This document shows positions 48,435 to 62,105 of a stretch of 64,000 nucleotides of DNA, in pieces (positions within the stretch are counted from its first letter, which is position 1; each line of letters starts with the position of its first letter). A program made the position numbers and the translations under genes. The stretch comes from Octopus sinensis (taxonomy: Eukaryota): contig NC_043005.1 in NCBI RefSeq assembly GCF_006345805.1, positions 15,996,001-16,060,000 on the forward strand, in the 5' to 3' direction. Below the pieces are notes generated by a model that was given only the letters and a program-made list of their open reading frames with translations, had not been told where the DNA came from and did not search any database.

Positions 48435-51400
48435 ATGAATCTAGCAAAAGAACTGGAAAAAAACATCCGAGCTATCACACCACCGCCATCCACCACTATT
48501 ACCCCACTACACATGCCATTAAAAAGCAATCAAATAAACAAATCACCAAAACAACTAAAACCATCCACTCTCGCCTCAACATTTCTGCTTAATGCCCAAG
48601 GCATCAGCCCTTCCACCAATACACAAAAATGGAAGATAAGATTCCTGGAGGACTGGGTCGAGGCCCATCCAAACCACATCCCTTTCTTCGTCCTCACTGA
48701 AACCCATCTTAGTGACCTCCACTTGGAAGCCGAGGTGAAAGTTAAAAATTTCAAAACCATTCGTGCTGATCGTGTTGGCAGAAGAAAGGGTGGGACTGCC
48801 ATTTATGTCCATGATTCATTCTCAACAGAAGCCATGAACATATTTTCGAATGGATACTGCGAAGCAGTCGCTGTATTCAGTCAAACCAACAACTTAACAG
48901 TAGTTGGGCTCTACAGACCACCCCAAACGCCCCTACCATGCTTCAAGGAATGCCTCAACAGCATAAAGTGTTTCATTCAGCAGTGTCAACCTGACAACAT
49001 TTAAATGATGGGAGATTTCAACCTTCCCGGGGTTGACTGGTCTACAAACAGTCTGCCGCCAGGTTCTTCTCTCTCAACCCCTGACAGGGAGGCAGGGGAA
49101 TCGCTTCTTGACTTCATGGATGACTTCTTCTTGTCCCAACTGGTACTCGAACCAACGAGATGTCACAAAACGTCTTAGACTTAATTTTCAGCAATCACAC
49201 TGATACTATCCACAATATTGCAGTGGAGAAAACCCTACTCTCCGACCATGACATGGTTCTCTGTGATCTGAGATTTCACTGGCCAAAATGCAAAACAAAT
49301 GTCATCCCTCCTGTCATCCATTTGACACTATGGATTTCCACAATGCAACTGGGAAGCGATCAATAATGATCTTGCACAAGTCGATTGGTCCTTCACGCAC
49401 ACATACACACCCACTAACATCAAAAAGTCCTGGCAGTCACTTGTAGACACCATCACGAACATATGTGCAAGACACACCCCATTAAGATCTGCAAACAAAT
49501 CTAAGTGTCGAATCCCTAGAAATAGAAAATCTCTCATAAGGAAAATTAAAAGAATCAACAAAAAGATCAACATGCTGAAATACTGTCAACAGCAACACAC
49601 CAACCTGACTGCCATCTCGTCGCTAGAGATTAAAAAACATAAACTCCAAAACAACATGATGTCTATCATCAATAGTCAGCGAAGAGCTGAAGAGGCCTGG
49701 GCCATTGAGAAGATCAAACTCAATCCCAAAGTGTTCTTTTCATTTGCAAAAAAACACAGAGTCACTGGTTCTACTGTTGGCCCTCTGATTGATGAAAATG
49801 GTACTCTTCAAGACAATGCCAAAACCATGGGAGAAATATTGCAGAAACAATATTGCTCTGTTTTCAGCAATCCTGATATGACTGATCTGGGCTGTATCAG
49901 TGATGTTACTCCCCATACACTTTATCGGACATAACATTTGCGCTCCTGATGTCTTAGCAGCAATAAAGGAAATGAAGCATAATTCAGCAGTAGGTCCCGA
50001 TAGGTTCCCTGCTTGTGTCTTGAAGATGTGTCAAAACCAACTTGCACCCCCTCTAGCCAATCTGTGGCGGAACTCATTGGATGCTGGATATATACCAGAA
50101 GACCTTCTATCCCAGTCTGTTGTCCCAGTTTTCAAAAAAGGAAACAAATCGCTTGCCGTGAATTACCGTCCAATCTCACTCACCTCTCATATCATCAAGG
50201 TATTTGAGAGGGTGCTGAGATCGCGTATGACTCACTTCCTTGAGAGTCATAATATGCTGAACCCCAACCAGCATGGATTCCGTAATGGGAGAGATTGCCT
50301 GACGCAGCTACTGCATCATTTTGATGACATTTTGAGAGCCTTGGGAGAGGGTTCCAACACTGATGTCATCTACCTTGATTTCAGCAAGGCCTTTGACAGG
50401 GTTGATCATAAGATCCTTCTGAGAAAGCTGTCCAATATTGGTGTCACTGGAAAGCTGCTGCAATGGATCAAGTGCTTCCTCTGTAACAGAACCCAACATG
50501 TTGTAGTCGAAGGAGTCAAATCCAGCCCAGCCAAAGTCAGCAGTGGTGTCCCACAAGGCACTGTGTTGGGCCCACTTCTCTTCATCATCTACATAAATGA
50601 TATTACTGACACCATCAAACACAGCAACATCAGAACCTTCGCTGATGATTCCAAGCTCCAGAAGGTCATCAATGGCGTGGATGACCGAATAAACCTTCAG
50701 TCAGACCTACTGGCTGTTGTCCAATGGGCGGAAAAGAATAACATGTGCTAAATGAAGACAAATTCGAACTGATCCACTTTGGAAGGGAGGACGCTCTGAA
50801 ACTCCCATACTCTCTTCCTTCTGGAGAAATTCTCATGGCATCCAACAACATCAGAGACCTGGGAGTAACAGTGGACAACAACATAAGCTGGGCTACACAT
50901 ATAAGCAGCAAAGTTGACATGGCCCGCAGAATGTGTTCCTGGATTCTCAGAACCTTCCAGTCGAGAGATTCCCACGCTATTATCCTTCTCTTCTCCACTT
51001 TTGCCCGACCCCACCTTGAATACTGCTGTCCACTGTGGTCTCCCTACACAAAACAAAATATTATGAGAATTGAAGCTCCCCAAAGGTCAATCACAAAAAG
51101 ATAGATGGCATGTCAGACCTTGACTACTGGGGTAGACTAGAGAAGCTGAAATTGTATTCACTCCAACGACGCCGTGAACGCTACACTATCTGTATGATGT
51201 GGAAAATATTCCATCAGCACTGTCCGAATGATGTTGGCATCACCTTCAAAATGCATCCAAGGCTTGGACCACCACGTGCCATCCGTCCACAACAAAAATC
51301 TAAATCGCATCACATAACGACAATACGGCACAACTATTTCACCTCAATTGGACCCGCTCTCTTCAACATTACACCAGGACACGTCAAAAAAGAAACTGAC

Positions 51401-51526
51401 CACACAAAATTCAAGAAGTCTTTGGACAAATTCCTTCAAACAGTACCGGACAAACCACCCACACCCGGATATGTCTCCGCAAACAATAACTCTCTGCTCG
51501 AATGGGCCTTGGTGCCCAAATCCTGA
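48435..51526 (+). pseudogene. LINE ORF2 (APE endonuclease and reverse transcriptase) with stops and frameshifts
   Basis: LTETHL, GGTAIYV, LYRPP, MGDFN, LDLIF, SDHDMV; NYRPISLTS, QHGFR, YLDFSKAFD, GVPQGTVLGPLLF, FADDSK. Confidence 0.93.
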
Positions 51527-51612
51527 ACTGAAAGACTTCGCCAGGTGGTGCTATTAAGTTAGACATGGCCTGGGCCAATACTGGCCAAAAACCTTTCTAA
51601 GTTATTCTAAGT

Positions 51613-51656
<44 letters not shown>

Positions 51657-52289
51657 TATCTATAGCCACACATACATATATGTAAACCTTATTCATAGGG
51701 ACCCTGCTGGTAGGAAATATATGTAATAAGTGGTGCAAATCAGGTTAGTACAGTTAATATTTGGTACGGAGTAAGACCTTGTTTGTACGAAACATATAGA
51801 AGTTAAACAGGGTTAATATTATATATGTTTCCTGTAATGTGTTGCCTGTTAGTGTTTACTAAAATCTAGAAAGAGCCAGAAAAAATACGTAACGGAAACG
51901 ATTTTGCAGTAAGCAATTTTGCAGATGCACTGCAAGTTGTTGATAGTGTTATGCACGTCGTCGACGTTGCCATTTTTGTTATTGTTGTTGTCGTCAGGGT
52001 GTAGTTGTTGTTATAGTAGGGGCAATGTGTTTGTTGCTATTTTTTTTGTGTTATGGTAATGCGGCTGGTATCGTTGTTGTTGTTGTTATTGTCTGTGGTT
52101 ATGGTGATGGCATTGGTATTATTTTTTCTTTGATAATAGTAGCGAAAGTACTTGCTGTCGTTTGTTGTTTCTGCAACCATAAAATTGGATTTTATACCGT
52201 TTAGTACTTGTTTACCGCAACGTCTCAGAAATTAAAACCACCAGAAACCTCGTTAGCACATAAATCATAATCGTGCAGAACCTTTTGGC

Positions 52290-52790
52290 GTAACTGTGTG
52301 GTAAGAAGCTTTCTTCCTAACCGTGTGGTCCTGGGTTCAGTCCTACTGCGCAGTACTTTTGGCAAGTGTCTTCCAGTATAATCTCAGGCCGAGAAAAGTC
52401 TTGAGAATGGATTTGGTAAACGGAAACTGAAAGAAGCTTTCATACACACGCACACACATATAGATAGATAGGTTGATAGATAGAGAGACAGACAGAGATA
52501 GATACATACACTCACACACACATACATATTATATATATATATATATACACATATAGTTTTAGTATATATGTGTATATCTGTGTGTCAGTGTTTTTGTATT
52601 TGTCCTCCAGCAATGCTTGAAAACCGATTTAGTTTGTTTACATCCCCGTAACTTAGTGGTTCGGCAAAAAGAGGTTGATAGAATAAGTACCAGGCTTAAA
52701 ATAAAGTACAGGGACCTTTTTGTTCGACTAAACCTTTCAAGGTGGTGCTCCAGCATGGCCTCAGTCCAGAGACTGAAACAAGTAGAGAAA
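52290..52790 (+). mobile_element. Diverged SINE family A
   Basis: CTGTGTGGTAAGAAGC head, CTGGGTTCAGTCC, tail CAGCATGGCC..CAGTC..GACTGAAAC. Confidence 0.8.
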
Positions 52791-53207
52791 GAGTTGTTAC
52801 ATTAGCCTAATGTGTGAAATGTGTAGAGGAATAGTTGTAGTCATGTTATTCAACCCTAATGTATGACTGGTACTAATTCACTCGCACCCTTAATGATGAA
52901 AATCAAAATCGACTTCAGCGGTTTTGATCTCAGGGCACAAAGAAATGAAAATGTCACGATCGTCGACATGAGGAAGTGTGCATGTGTATATGTACGCCTT
53001 TGTGCGAGCATCACTGCATGTGCTTTTGCACGCGTGTATACAGGATAGTTCTCCATAAACCTTAACACACACGCGCGCACACGCTCACACACACTCACAC
53101 AAAAACGCACATACACATATTAAAAGCACGAACTGCTTGAGAAAGCTGCTGAAAATCACCTGACAAGTCAAGGCTCCAGATACGGAGGTCCTCTCTCGAT
53201 CTGATCT

Positions 53208-53468
53208 AAATAATAATAAATGCGCCCTTTTAAAGCCTAGCCAGGTTCATGGGCCCGGTTTCCCGGTTTCAGTGGCGTATGTGTTCCCCAGCTGGACGGG
53301 ACGCCAGTCCATCGCAGCGTTATTCATTTCTGCCAGCTGAGTGGACTGGAGCAACGGGAAATGAAGTGTTTTGCTCAAGAACACAACGCGTCGCTCGGTC
53401 CAGGAATCAAAACCACAATCTTACGATCATGATGCTGACACCCTAACCACTAAGACACGCGCCTCCAC
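53208..53468 (-). mobile_element. tRNA-derived SINE (family D, head related to family C)
   Basis: Minus strand starts GTGGAGGCGCGTGTCTTAGTGG with GGTTTTGATTCC. TSD CTCGATCTGATCT / CTCGAGCTGATCT (53195-53207 and 53469-53481). Confidence 0.85.
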
Positions 53469-53489
53469 CTCGAGCTGATCTGCCAAGTA

Positions 53490-53950
53490 TTTACACACTG
53501 CCGAGGAGAGCGCAAGTCGAGCCGACAGGCCATTTTATTCGAATGCTTGACATGCAACTCCCCAACAAACTGTTTTACAGCGAACTGGCGGAAGTCAAGC
53601 GCACACAAAGTGAACAAAAAAAGCATTTTAAGGAAACGCTTAAAGCTTCACTGATGAGCTTTGAGATCAACCCGAATACTTGGAAAGACCTCCCTGCATG
53701 GCGAAGCTGCACCAATAGAGGTGATACCTCCTTCGAGCAGAGCAGGATTGCAGGGGCACAGAGAAGTATTAACTGTGCAAGTGTAGAGTCAAATCCTTGG
53801 CTTCAGTCCCAGCTGACCATCAGTGCCCGACCTGCAGCAGAACCTTCCGAGCGAGCATCGGACTGATCGGCCACAACCGCACACAGCGTGACCCGTCTTC
53901 TTCTCCCGTGTGATGTCCTTGGTTTTCGTCTACAACGACAGACGAACATT
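53490..53950 (+). pseudogene. RTE-clade LINE 3' end
   Basis: LPNKLFYSEL...KKHFKETLKASL..FEINPNTW...WRS, followed by a short 3' UTR. Confidence 0.75.
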
Positions 53951-54021
53951 CATTGACTCATGTTCTAATCTAGTCACTTTATTAGGTTTTCTTTTTATAT
54001 CTTCATATCAGACACACATTT

Positions 54022-54600
54022 TTGTTTGGAACAATAAACGAGGATATAGAGAACAATTCAGCACTAAGTTTCAACACCCAAAACAATATTTATACAACTC
54101 CATTTCCAGACGTAAACATCCCGGTTAAAAACAATGGATACATTTCGTCAGTTTATACGCAAAACGCTAATACATTTATCAACAAAGAGATAGCAAATTC
54201 CTTCAAAGTGTCGGTGCTGAAACTATTCCATACGAAAGTATTTAGGTTTTCTTTCACAACCGAAAACACACGACAAAAATATTCACAAAATAAAATAAAC
54301 ACCAATGAACAGCAGATATTCAAAAAGACTTAAGGATCAAGCTACTCGTGAATATAGAGAGGAACACAATGCAAGAAATGCTTAAAATACTGTCATTAAG
54401 TATCACATGTTCTATATGAATCAAATATATAGAAAACATGAACACGTGATCAAAATTCTCATAAAACGAAACGCAGAATGCGTCCCACGCAACCAGAAAC
54501 TGCCATTATGTTACAAAATAATATCAAAGACAGATAATATCAACAACAGACACAAACAGCGTATAAACCCATGAACAAACTTCAAATGTAATTTATAAAT
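54022..54600 (+). pseudogene. Possible Penelope-like RT C-terminal fossil
   Basis: LSFNTQNNIYTTPFPDVNI..NNGYISSVY resembles the PLE motif (KFT.E.E.NN.LPFLDV....TSVY). Heavily degenerate. Confidence 0.45.
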
Positions 54601-54854
54601 TTTCGTGTAAATGCTAAAGTTGCAATTTTTTTTATTAGTTACAACTATTTTATTAGCCAGACAAGTACAACACTTTCTTGTAGGCACACTATACGTTTAA
54701 AACAAAGAGCAGCCGCAACACACTCCATCACGCACGATTAAACAAATCTAGAAAGACAAACATTAACAGATTATATATCTGTACTTTATAGAACTCTCTA
54801 CAGAGATTGACGATTGATTACGGAAGTAATGACCATGTAGTAACACAAAGCTAC

Positions 54855-55380
54855 TGTTGGTTTATCCGGAAAGTTCGTGCAGATTTATAATAGCTTACAT
54901 TTCGACTTATTTTACAACATGGTTGAGTCCATAAAATAGGATTTTACTACACCTCCATTTAGAGCACAGTTTAAGCTATCTTTTCGTGAATGTTCCTATA
55001 ACTTGTGTTAATTCTGTAACCCTTTAAAATGGAAGATAAGAAAGTTCATTTTCGACACTTGATACTGGGATGTGTTACCTCACCCTCCATATTCACCAGA
55101 TATTGCTCCTTCGGATTTCCACTTATTCAGGTCTCTGCAGAATAGTCTTAATGGTAAAAATTTCAATTCCTTGGATGACATAAAAAGATACCTTGATGAA
55201 TTCTTTGCCATGAAACCACCTCAATTCTGGGAAGAGGATATTTTCAAGTTAAAGGAAAGATGGAAACGCATTGTGCAACGAAATGGTTCATATTTGGTTG
55301 ATTAAAAATGTAATGGCAAGTATTTATTGAGCTTTTTCTTTCCTTTAAAAATCGGCACGAACTTTCCGGACAACCCAATA
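54855..55380 (+). mobile_element. Mariner deletion derivative
   Basis: TIR TCCGGAAAGTTCGTGC at both ends; TA at the right end. C-terminal remnant LPHPPYSPDIAPSDFHLF. Confidence 0.9.
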
Positions 55381-55733
55381 TTAACAATACACTTGGGTCA
55401 CAAAGAAGATAGGCTCATCACTGGTGATGTGTTGCTCTAACGGCCAAAATACAAATCCTATTACATGAAACTCCAGCGACCAAAATATAGAACTTTAGCA
55501 CCCTAACTACTAAATTCTGGCTGTAAAATCTAAACACAATTCTGATTGTGAAGTCTGCATTAAAAAGAAGCTGGTAACTAAAAAAAAAAAAAAAGAGGGA
55601 GGAGTTGAAAAGCCAACACTATTTCGTATGAATTTGAGGCTGAGAAATTTATTGTTCCAAACAAACAAACTATGAAAGTTATGATAGGCAGAGCTGATAC
55701 AATAAGAACTCCAATAACCCTGTCTTCAGTATC

Positions 55734-55774
<41 letters not shown>

Positions 55775-55789
55775 CTGAGGGATCTCCAT

Positions 55790-56010
55790 GAAGTAGGGGT
55801 AGATATTTTCAAGAAATAACTTGACCTCTTGCTATCCAAAATCCCAGGTGAACCAATATCAGGGCAGGAAACTCAAAGGAGGGCAGATGTATCGAACCTC
55901 TTCCTTCGCCAAAATCCAATCGCATAGAATTGGCCAGTTAAGAGGTGATTACACCCGCGGTGCCCCGGCATGGCCATACCCTCAGGGCTGAAACATATAA
56001 AAGAATAATA
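55790..56010 (+). mobile_element. Short LINE-type 3'-end remnant
   Basis: Ends GCGGTGCCCCGGCATGGCCATACCCTCAGGGCTGAAAC, like the LINE end at 46879-46916. Confidence 0.55.
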
Positions 56011-56137
56011 GAATATATATTTACATATACATACATACATATATATAGGGAAAGTTTACGAAAATAAACAAAAGACGAAGGCAGGTGGTGTACAAACAAA
56101 CAGATGTATTAGTATAGCGCTCAGGAATAGGAAAAGT

Positions 56138-56173
56138 CTTTTATATTTCGAGCCTACGCTCTTCTACAGAAAG
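56138..56173 (-). ncRNA. Variant minimal hammerhead motif within a non-coding element of about 195 bp (56047-56240)
   Basis: Minus strand: CUUU CUGUAGA A GAGC-GUAG-GCUC GAAA UA UA AAAG. Deviations: A6U and an extra A. Confidence 0.45.
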
Positions 56174-56242
56174 ATACACAGAAAAAAACAAGGAGAGAAA
56201 AAAAATGTGTGTAGTAGCTAACGATCTATCATGGCGTCTGAC

Positions 56243-56328
<86 letters not shown>

Positions 56329-56822
56329 CTGTGTGTGTGTGTGTGTTTGTTCTTCTCTTCCTCTTTTTAGTTTTAGAGTAAACTTCGACCGGTCACCTAT
56401 ATGGTAGCAATATTAAGAAAGAAAGTGTCTTCTTTCAACCATCCTCCTTTAAATCTAAAGAAAGTCTTGCAGATTTTCATAATCCCATAATTTACAGAAT
56501 GTCTAAAGGATGTTGATATTAATGTAAGAAACTGTTTAAATTTTTTAAAAGGTCTGCAAGAGGAGGACGAGAGATGATTAAACAAAACTGAAAGTAGAAA
56601 TTAATTGGCAGAAAAGGCTCTGCGAATGTATTGGTGTGGTCTTGCAGATACGTAAAGACAGGAAAGGATAAAGTAAATACGCTATCCTTACCGGATATCG
56701 TTATTACTTTATCATTACTAAACACAGACAGAGAAGTAAGAATAAAGTAACAATGAGTTCATTCAACTGAAAATAAGTTTCCTCTGCTTCAGAAGAATGG
56801 AGCCTCGTCGACTTTTAACCCA

Positions 56823-57200
56823 TCTATTATATAAAATCCGTTCTGTCTGTCTCTGTGTGTGTCTTCTAGGATCTCGGGCATCCTCCATCCGATTGCGCTC
56901 AAATTTGATATGTAGATACCGACGGTATCAGGGCGTGTATAATTATTTAAAAATTACAAAAATCGATTCCAGGTGAGAATGAGATTGATAAAGCCGTGGG
57001 AACGTGCATTTGTACGCGCAAGTACATCAAAAAAAGTGTATCTTTATTTCTTCTTTTGCTGGTGTCTCAAATTTAGGTTAAATCAGTTTTTCTCAAAGGG
57101 GACTGTCGGACAAGTTGTTTTGAGAAAATTTGTTTTAAATATTTGACAACTCAGCACGGGGGGGTGGGCGTTTTGCTCGTAAATCATAAAAAGTAAAAAT
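56823..57200 (+). mobile_element. Helitron-like 5' end, 3' end not found
   Basis: A|TCTATTATATAAAATCCGTTCTGTCTGTC resembles the other Helitron starts in the window. Confidence 0.5.
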
Positions 57201-57859
57201 ATCAAAGAACCATGATGGTTACGGCCCACTGGCTGACGAATAACAATATAGACACATCACATATTTTAGATGAAGGGAGTGCACTCGATTTGAGTGGAGA
57301 GCGACGGACCCTCAGTAAGGTTATGTGGTTTGCTAGAAACAGCATCCAATTATCCCTCAAATTTGAAACAGCTGCAGACACAAAGAAGTGATACTAAAGA
57401 CTGGAAGAGCAGGGATGGTTTTCTCAAGGGAATATTACATCAAAATATCCACAGGTAATTTTTTTTTTTAAAGTTCACTTGCCTCAACTCTAGCTAACTA
57501 GATGAGATTTGTTAAACTTTTAAAATGAGAAAAGCAAGAAGTTTCGCTTTGAAGTTTAATAAATTACTTTATTTTAGATCCTAAATGCCAACAACACTCC
57601 AGGACACACAGGGGAGAATGTTCATATTAGTTTTGGTGTGTTTCCTAGAACGATTTGCTACATGTTCAGTTCTTGGGCAGAAGGATTAGATTTTTGTGGT
57701 CTGGTGAGTATCCTAAGAATGGTGAAACATGTCAGAAATGTCTCCTACATTTTTCGATGAGGAAAGAGAATACCATGATGTATATTTTTATCTGCTTAAA
57801 ATTTCACGCTGAAGGCTTTTGGAAAAACAGTAGATCATTTTATACTTATGGTATGTGTG

Positions 57860-57869
57860 TATACATACA

Positions 57870-57901
<32 letters not shown>

Positions 57902-57966
57902 CACATATACATACATACACATACATGCATGCATACATACATACACACACACACACACACCACACA

Positions 57967-58045
<79 letters not shown>
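57860..58045. repeat. (CATA)n/(CA)n microsatellite
   Basis: Directly visible. Confidence 0.95.
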
Positions 58046-58050
<5 letters not shown>

Positions 58051-60049
58051 GTTAATTCAATATCGTATGAGCCATGCTGTTGGAATATTTTCTGCAATGA
58101 CATTGTACTCACAGTGAGATTGGTGAGAATAATGTCTGAGCTATTTGGAGAGACTTGGTGTTTAAGCATTAACTCTTGGACTGTGTTAATTCTCATATTA
58201 TGTTTGATATAGGAAAACAATATTCAGAGACGGTACCAAAGGTTACGGAAATGATGGCTAATAGCATCTGGTTATCTATACAGCATAATTCTTACAGTTG
58301 AAGGACGCACTTTGCAAGTTATTTCTACTTTATTGTTGACGTGGGCGCTCCAGTCTAGGATGTTGTCGTCAGTTAAGTCTCTTTGATATTAATTGAAGCC
58401 ATGTGAGGTTTTCCTGGAGGAAGAGAAAATGGTTTATGTAAACCTAATTTGCAGAAAGGATGAATTCAATGTTTTCATCGTTTAGTAGCTTTTTTTTTCT
58501 CGTCTATTGGATTACGATGCAAAGATCAGATTGTCAGGTCCCCTACAATGTTAATGACTTTTGAAACTTGGAGTCATCCGTAAAATTTTTTTTATTGTGT
58601 TTGATTATATTTGCGATGATATTTATACAGAAAATGAAAATAAGTAAACCCAAGATAATATATTGGGGACGCCATTACCGGCTTTTGTCTGTCTTGAGCA
58701 AACTTGGTCAATGAGAAAATGACAAGTTCTATTTCATAGGAAACACTTCACGGCAGTACATTTTCATGAATTCAAAGGCTTTTCTACAGTCAAGGTATGA
58801 CATTTGTGTTAAAGCCCTCTACCAAAGCATGTAAAATGTGATTTTAATCGCACAGAAGCTCTATTAAAGCAGAATCTGTCAATTAAAAGCCATGATGTTT
58901 TGGATTTAAGAGATTGTTGTCTGTAAGAGATCAGATATCCTTGATGTCGCCAAATGTTCTCTCAATTTCTGTAATGGCATAAAAGGTAAATGAGATCGGA
59001 TGGCAATTTACTACAAACAGCTTATTTTCCTTTTAAAAAAATTGATGACTGTCAGTGAAATGTTAATTTATTTTTGTTTGAAACTTGATGGGATTTGTTT
59101 AAGTATAAAATGGCAATTGTGTCAAATAGCTTCCAAGAGGCTTCGACGTCTTGGCAAGTGAGCGCGAAAGACCAGTTGATAAGCGGTAGGTGATATATAA
59201 TTGCAACCCAGTTTGTTTTGTGCAAATCTATGTTATAAAATGGATGCGCTCAGAGTGTTTTTAGCTTAATTTTTAGGTGTCGAAAAACAGGTACAGCATA
59301 GCATGGCATGGTCTGTTGTTTTCAGCTTTAATATAGACAGTACTTGAATAGTTGCTTCTATTCTTTTGCTGTGTTTCGATATCTCGAACACATGTTGAGA
59401 CAAAAACAAAACAATCGCCCATAAAGTTGAACAGTGTCTCTACTGCTCTTTACTTGTAACTGAAAGATAAATACCTGTTTTTTTTTATCATTTGTAGACC
59501 AATATTCACGCTAGGAGATTATGGTGACTCGTCACTAATATCACCATATTGCTGAACATGATATTTGATTTTGTCGAGGCAACTTGGAAGAAGAGTAGTA
59601 GAGATGCCTGATGTGGGATGTAGTCCCTATTACAGTGTGGTCATTAGATCTGTTGACACCGAATCCAGTAGCCAATGGAAAAAAGTCCTTTGCATTTAAG
59701 GTAAAGCAGCCATGAAGGAAAATTGAGGTTAATCACTTTCTTCATCTTACACGACCAACGCGACAACATCCAGGTAAGATTAGGTAAAATCAATCTCAGC
59801 TACAACGTTAAAAGAAGATAGAGTTTGGCTCCTCAGCAATCCAGCCTTCAATGTATGGAATGTTCCATTTTTGTGTATTGATGAGTGGATATATGGCAGG
59901 AATGTCGACGCCAAGTTGTCTGTGTACACATTTTCAAGGACCGTATACTATCCATCTATCCATCCAGCCACATATGCATCCATCCATCCATTCATCCGTT
60001 CGTCTGTCTGTCTGTATGTTTGTCTGTCTATGACGTTTATAACAAACTA

Positions 60050-60195
60050 CTTACCTACTTACCCACCTGCCTGCCTGCCTACCTACTTACCTACCTACCT
60101 ACCTACCTACCTACCTACCTACCTACCTACCTACCTACCTACCTACCTACCTACCTACCTACCTACCTACATACATACATACATACATACATACA

Positions 60196-60231
<36 letters not shown>

Positions 60232-60240
60232 TATATATAT
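60050..60240. repeat. (CCTA)n/(CATA)n/(TA)n compound microsatellite
   Basis: Directly visible. Confidence 0.95.
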
Positions 60241-60481
60241 TGGCCTGCTCGCTTAGCCAGCGGGGTGGCGTCATTTGAAGGTTAAAACAATGCGAAGCGC
60301 ATTGTGACCAGCGATGTGTAGCAACATCTGATAGCCTGGTCGGTCACATGATGATGATGATGATGATGATATATATATAACTTCAGCAACAATTTAGATT
60401 CAAATGAATATGGTACTTAATTTAGATGCACCAGAATTTTGTATGGTGTTATCCATAAAAAATTTGCGGGGTGATTATAAT

Positions 60482-60756
60482 CAAAAATAAGCAGCAAGAA
60501 TGACTCCGGTAATTTGGTACAATTGTTTCGCACTACAACATTTTATTAAAAGTTGTAATTATTACAATATATGTATTTACCTTCTCTAAAATGTTACTAC
60601 TTGATTTAAAAGCTTTTGTATTATTGGAAAACTTATATTTTTGGCTGAAGAGCACTCAACATCTTAAATCTGTTGTAATAATTACAACTTTTAATAAAAT
60701 GTTGTAGTGCGAAACAATTGTACCAAATTACCGGAGTCATTCTCGTTGCTTATTTT

Positions 60757-60758
<2 letters not shown>
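60482..60758. mobile_element. Foldback element, 86-bp arms (60482-60567 and 60673-60758)
   Basis: GAATGACTCCGGTAATTTGGTACAATTGTTTCGCACTACAACATTTTATTAAAAGTTGTAATTATTACAA is mirrored on the right. Confidence 0.9.
60640..60727 (+). ncRNA. Type-I hammerhead motif with extended helix II
   Basis: UUUGG CUGAAGA GCACU-CAACAU...AUGUUG-U-AGUGC GAAAC AAUU GUA CCAAA. Predicted cleavage after A60722. Confidence 0.8.
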
Positions 60759-60804
<46 letters not shown>

Positions 60805-61019
60805 TAAATGTATATAAATACATACACACACACGTATATATATACTAATATATATATATATGTATATAAATATATACATACATACATATATATATCTAAT
60901 ATTATATATAGAAATGTATATGTGTGTATGTGTGTGCGTATGTATATGTATGTATATCTGTATGTATGGATCGATGAATAGACGGAAGAAGGGAGGGAGG
61001 AAGAGGTGAATGCATATAT

Positions 61020-61935
61020 ACCTGCACACACTTGCGCGCGCACACACAAGGTCTGGTGACAGAGATGGGTGTTGGAGTCGCCACCATGAAGCTGGCTTTG
61101 AACGAGGACCTTCGCTACCACTCGTACAAGAGTCGCAAGAGACAAACTCTAACAACCAACGCCAAGGAGAACCGCTTGACAAAGGCCAAGAGGCCCCTGA
61201 ACAAGTTGCAGCATACTCTTGAGCCAGGGATGACTTTGTTCTCATCAAATGAAAAGAAATTTTGCCGTGATATGTTACACAACACCCAGAACAACAGGTG
61301 GCTTGCCTACAATCCATGTGACACCCTACGTATCATAAAAACCAAGTTTCTCTCACCTGTGATGGTCTTTGTGTTCCCAGTGAGGGTGACATCATACCGA
61401 CCCACAACTTGAGACAGGGCCTTACACTCAATTCAGGCAGTTACGTGAAGCTGCTGGAGACTGGTCAAACCTTGTCTGGAGACGGTTGCTGCTGGAAGGT
61501 CATATGCGTGGCAGCAGGAATCGGCTCCTGGCCATATCTCTGGAAAGAGTCAGAAGTGGTTGTCAGAGAATATCTACGATTTCACCGGCCCTAATTTCTG
61601 GCCTCCTAATTCCCCCGATTATAATGCCATGGATTACTATGTGTGGGGCGCAATCCAGTAAGACACCAACCGGTCTACTTGCAACATCATATCGGGGCTT
61701 GTGGCTCCGATATGATATTCGAAGATTTCCCCACGATGACAGTGAGGAACGCACACCCTGGGTTCCGGAGCCATCTTGAAGTCGTGGTCGAAGCTGCGAA
61801 GGAGCTAATTTCAGTAAACTGCTATTTCCCAACAACAATCTAGTGGATAGATTTTGATTGTTTAATATTCTTTTACTTCGGATGGGATATAGTTTTCTTT
61901 TGCTTTCATGTTACCTGTCAAATTAGCCCGAACAT

Positions 61936-61949
<14 letters not shown>
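61020..61949 (+). pseudogene. Tc1/mariner-superfamily (maT/DD37D-like) transposase fossil
   Basis: DLRYHSYK...FSSNEKKF...NNRWL...TKF..PVMVF, and an FWPPNSPDYNAMDYYVWG-like segment near 61595-61650. Confidence 0.8.
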
Positions 61950-62030
<81 letters not shown>

Positions 62031-62105
62031 TAGAGAAGGTGAGATAACAAAACCAAGGCTCTAAAGAGTTTTCAGGACATTTATAAAGAAAAGGGTATAG
62101 ATATA

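Larger units (their letters stand above)
46960..51610 (+). mobile_element. Near full-length CR1/L2-group LINE (ORF1, APE, RT), inactivated; 5' boundary approximate
   Basis: ORF1 upstream of APE and RT fragments. 3' tail (TTCTAAGTTA)2 followed by (TA)n. Confidence 0.88.

Noticed and set aside
54440-54490. GAAAC-GCAGAATGC-GTC hairpin
   Set aside because: No catalytic core upstream; it lies within a degenerate coding fossil.
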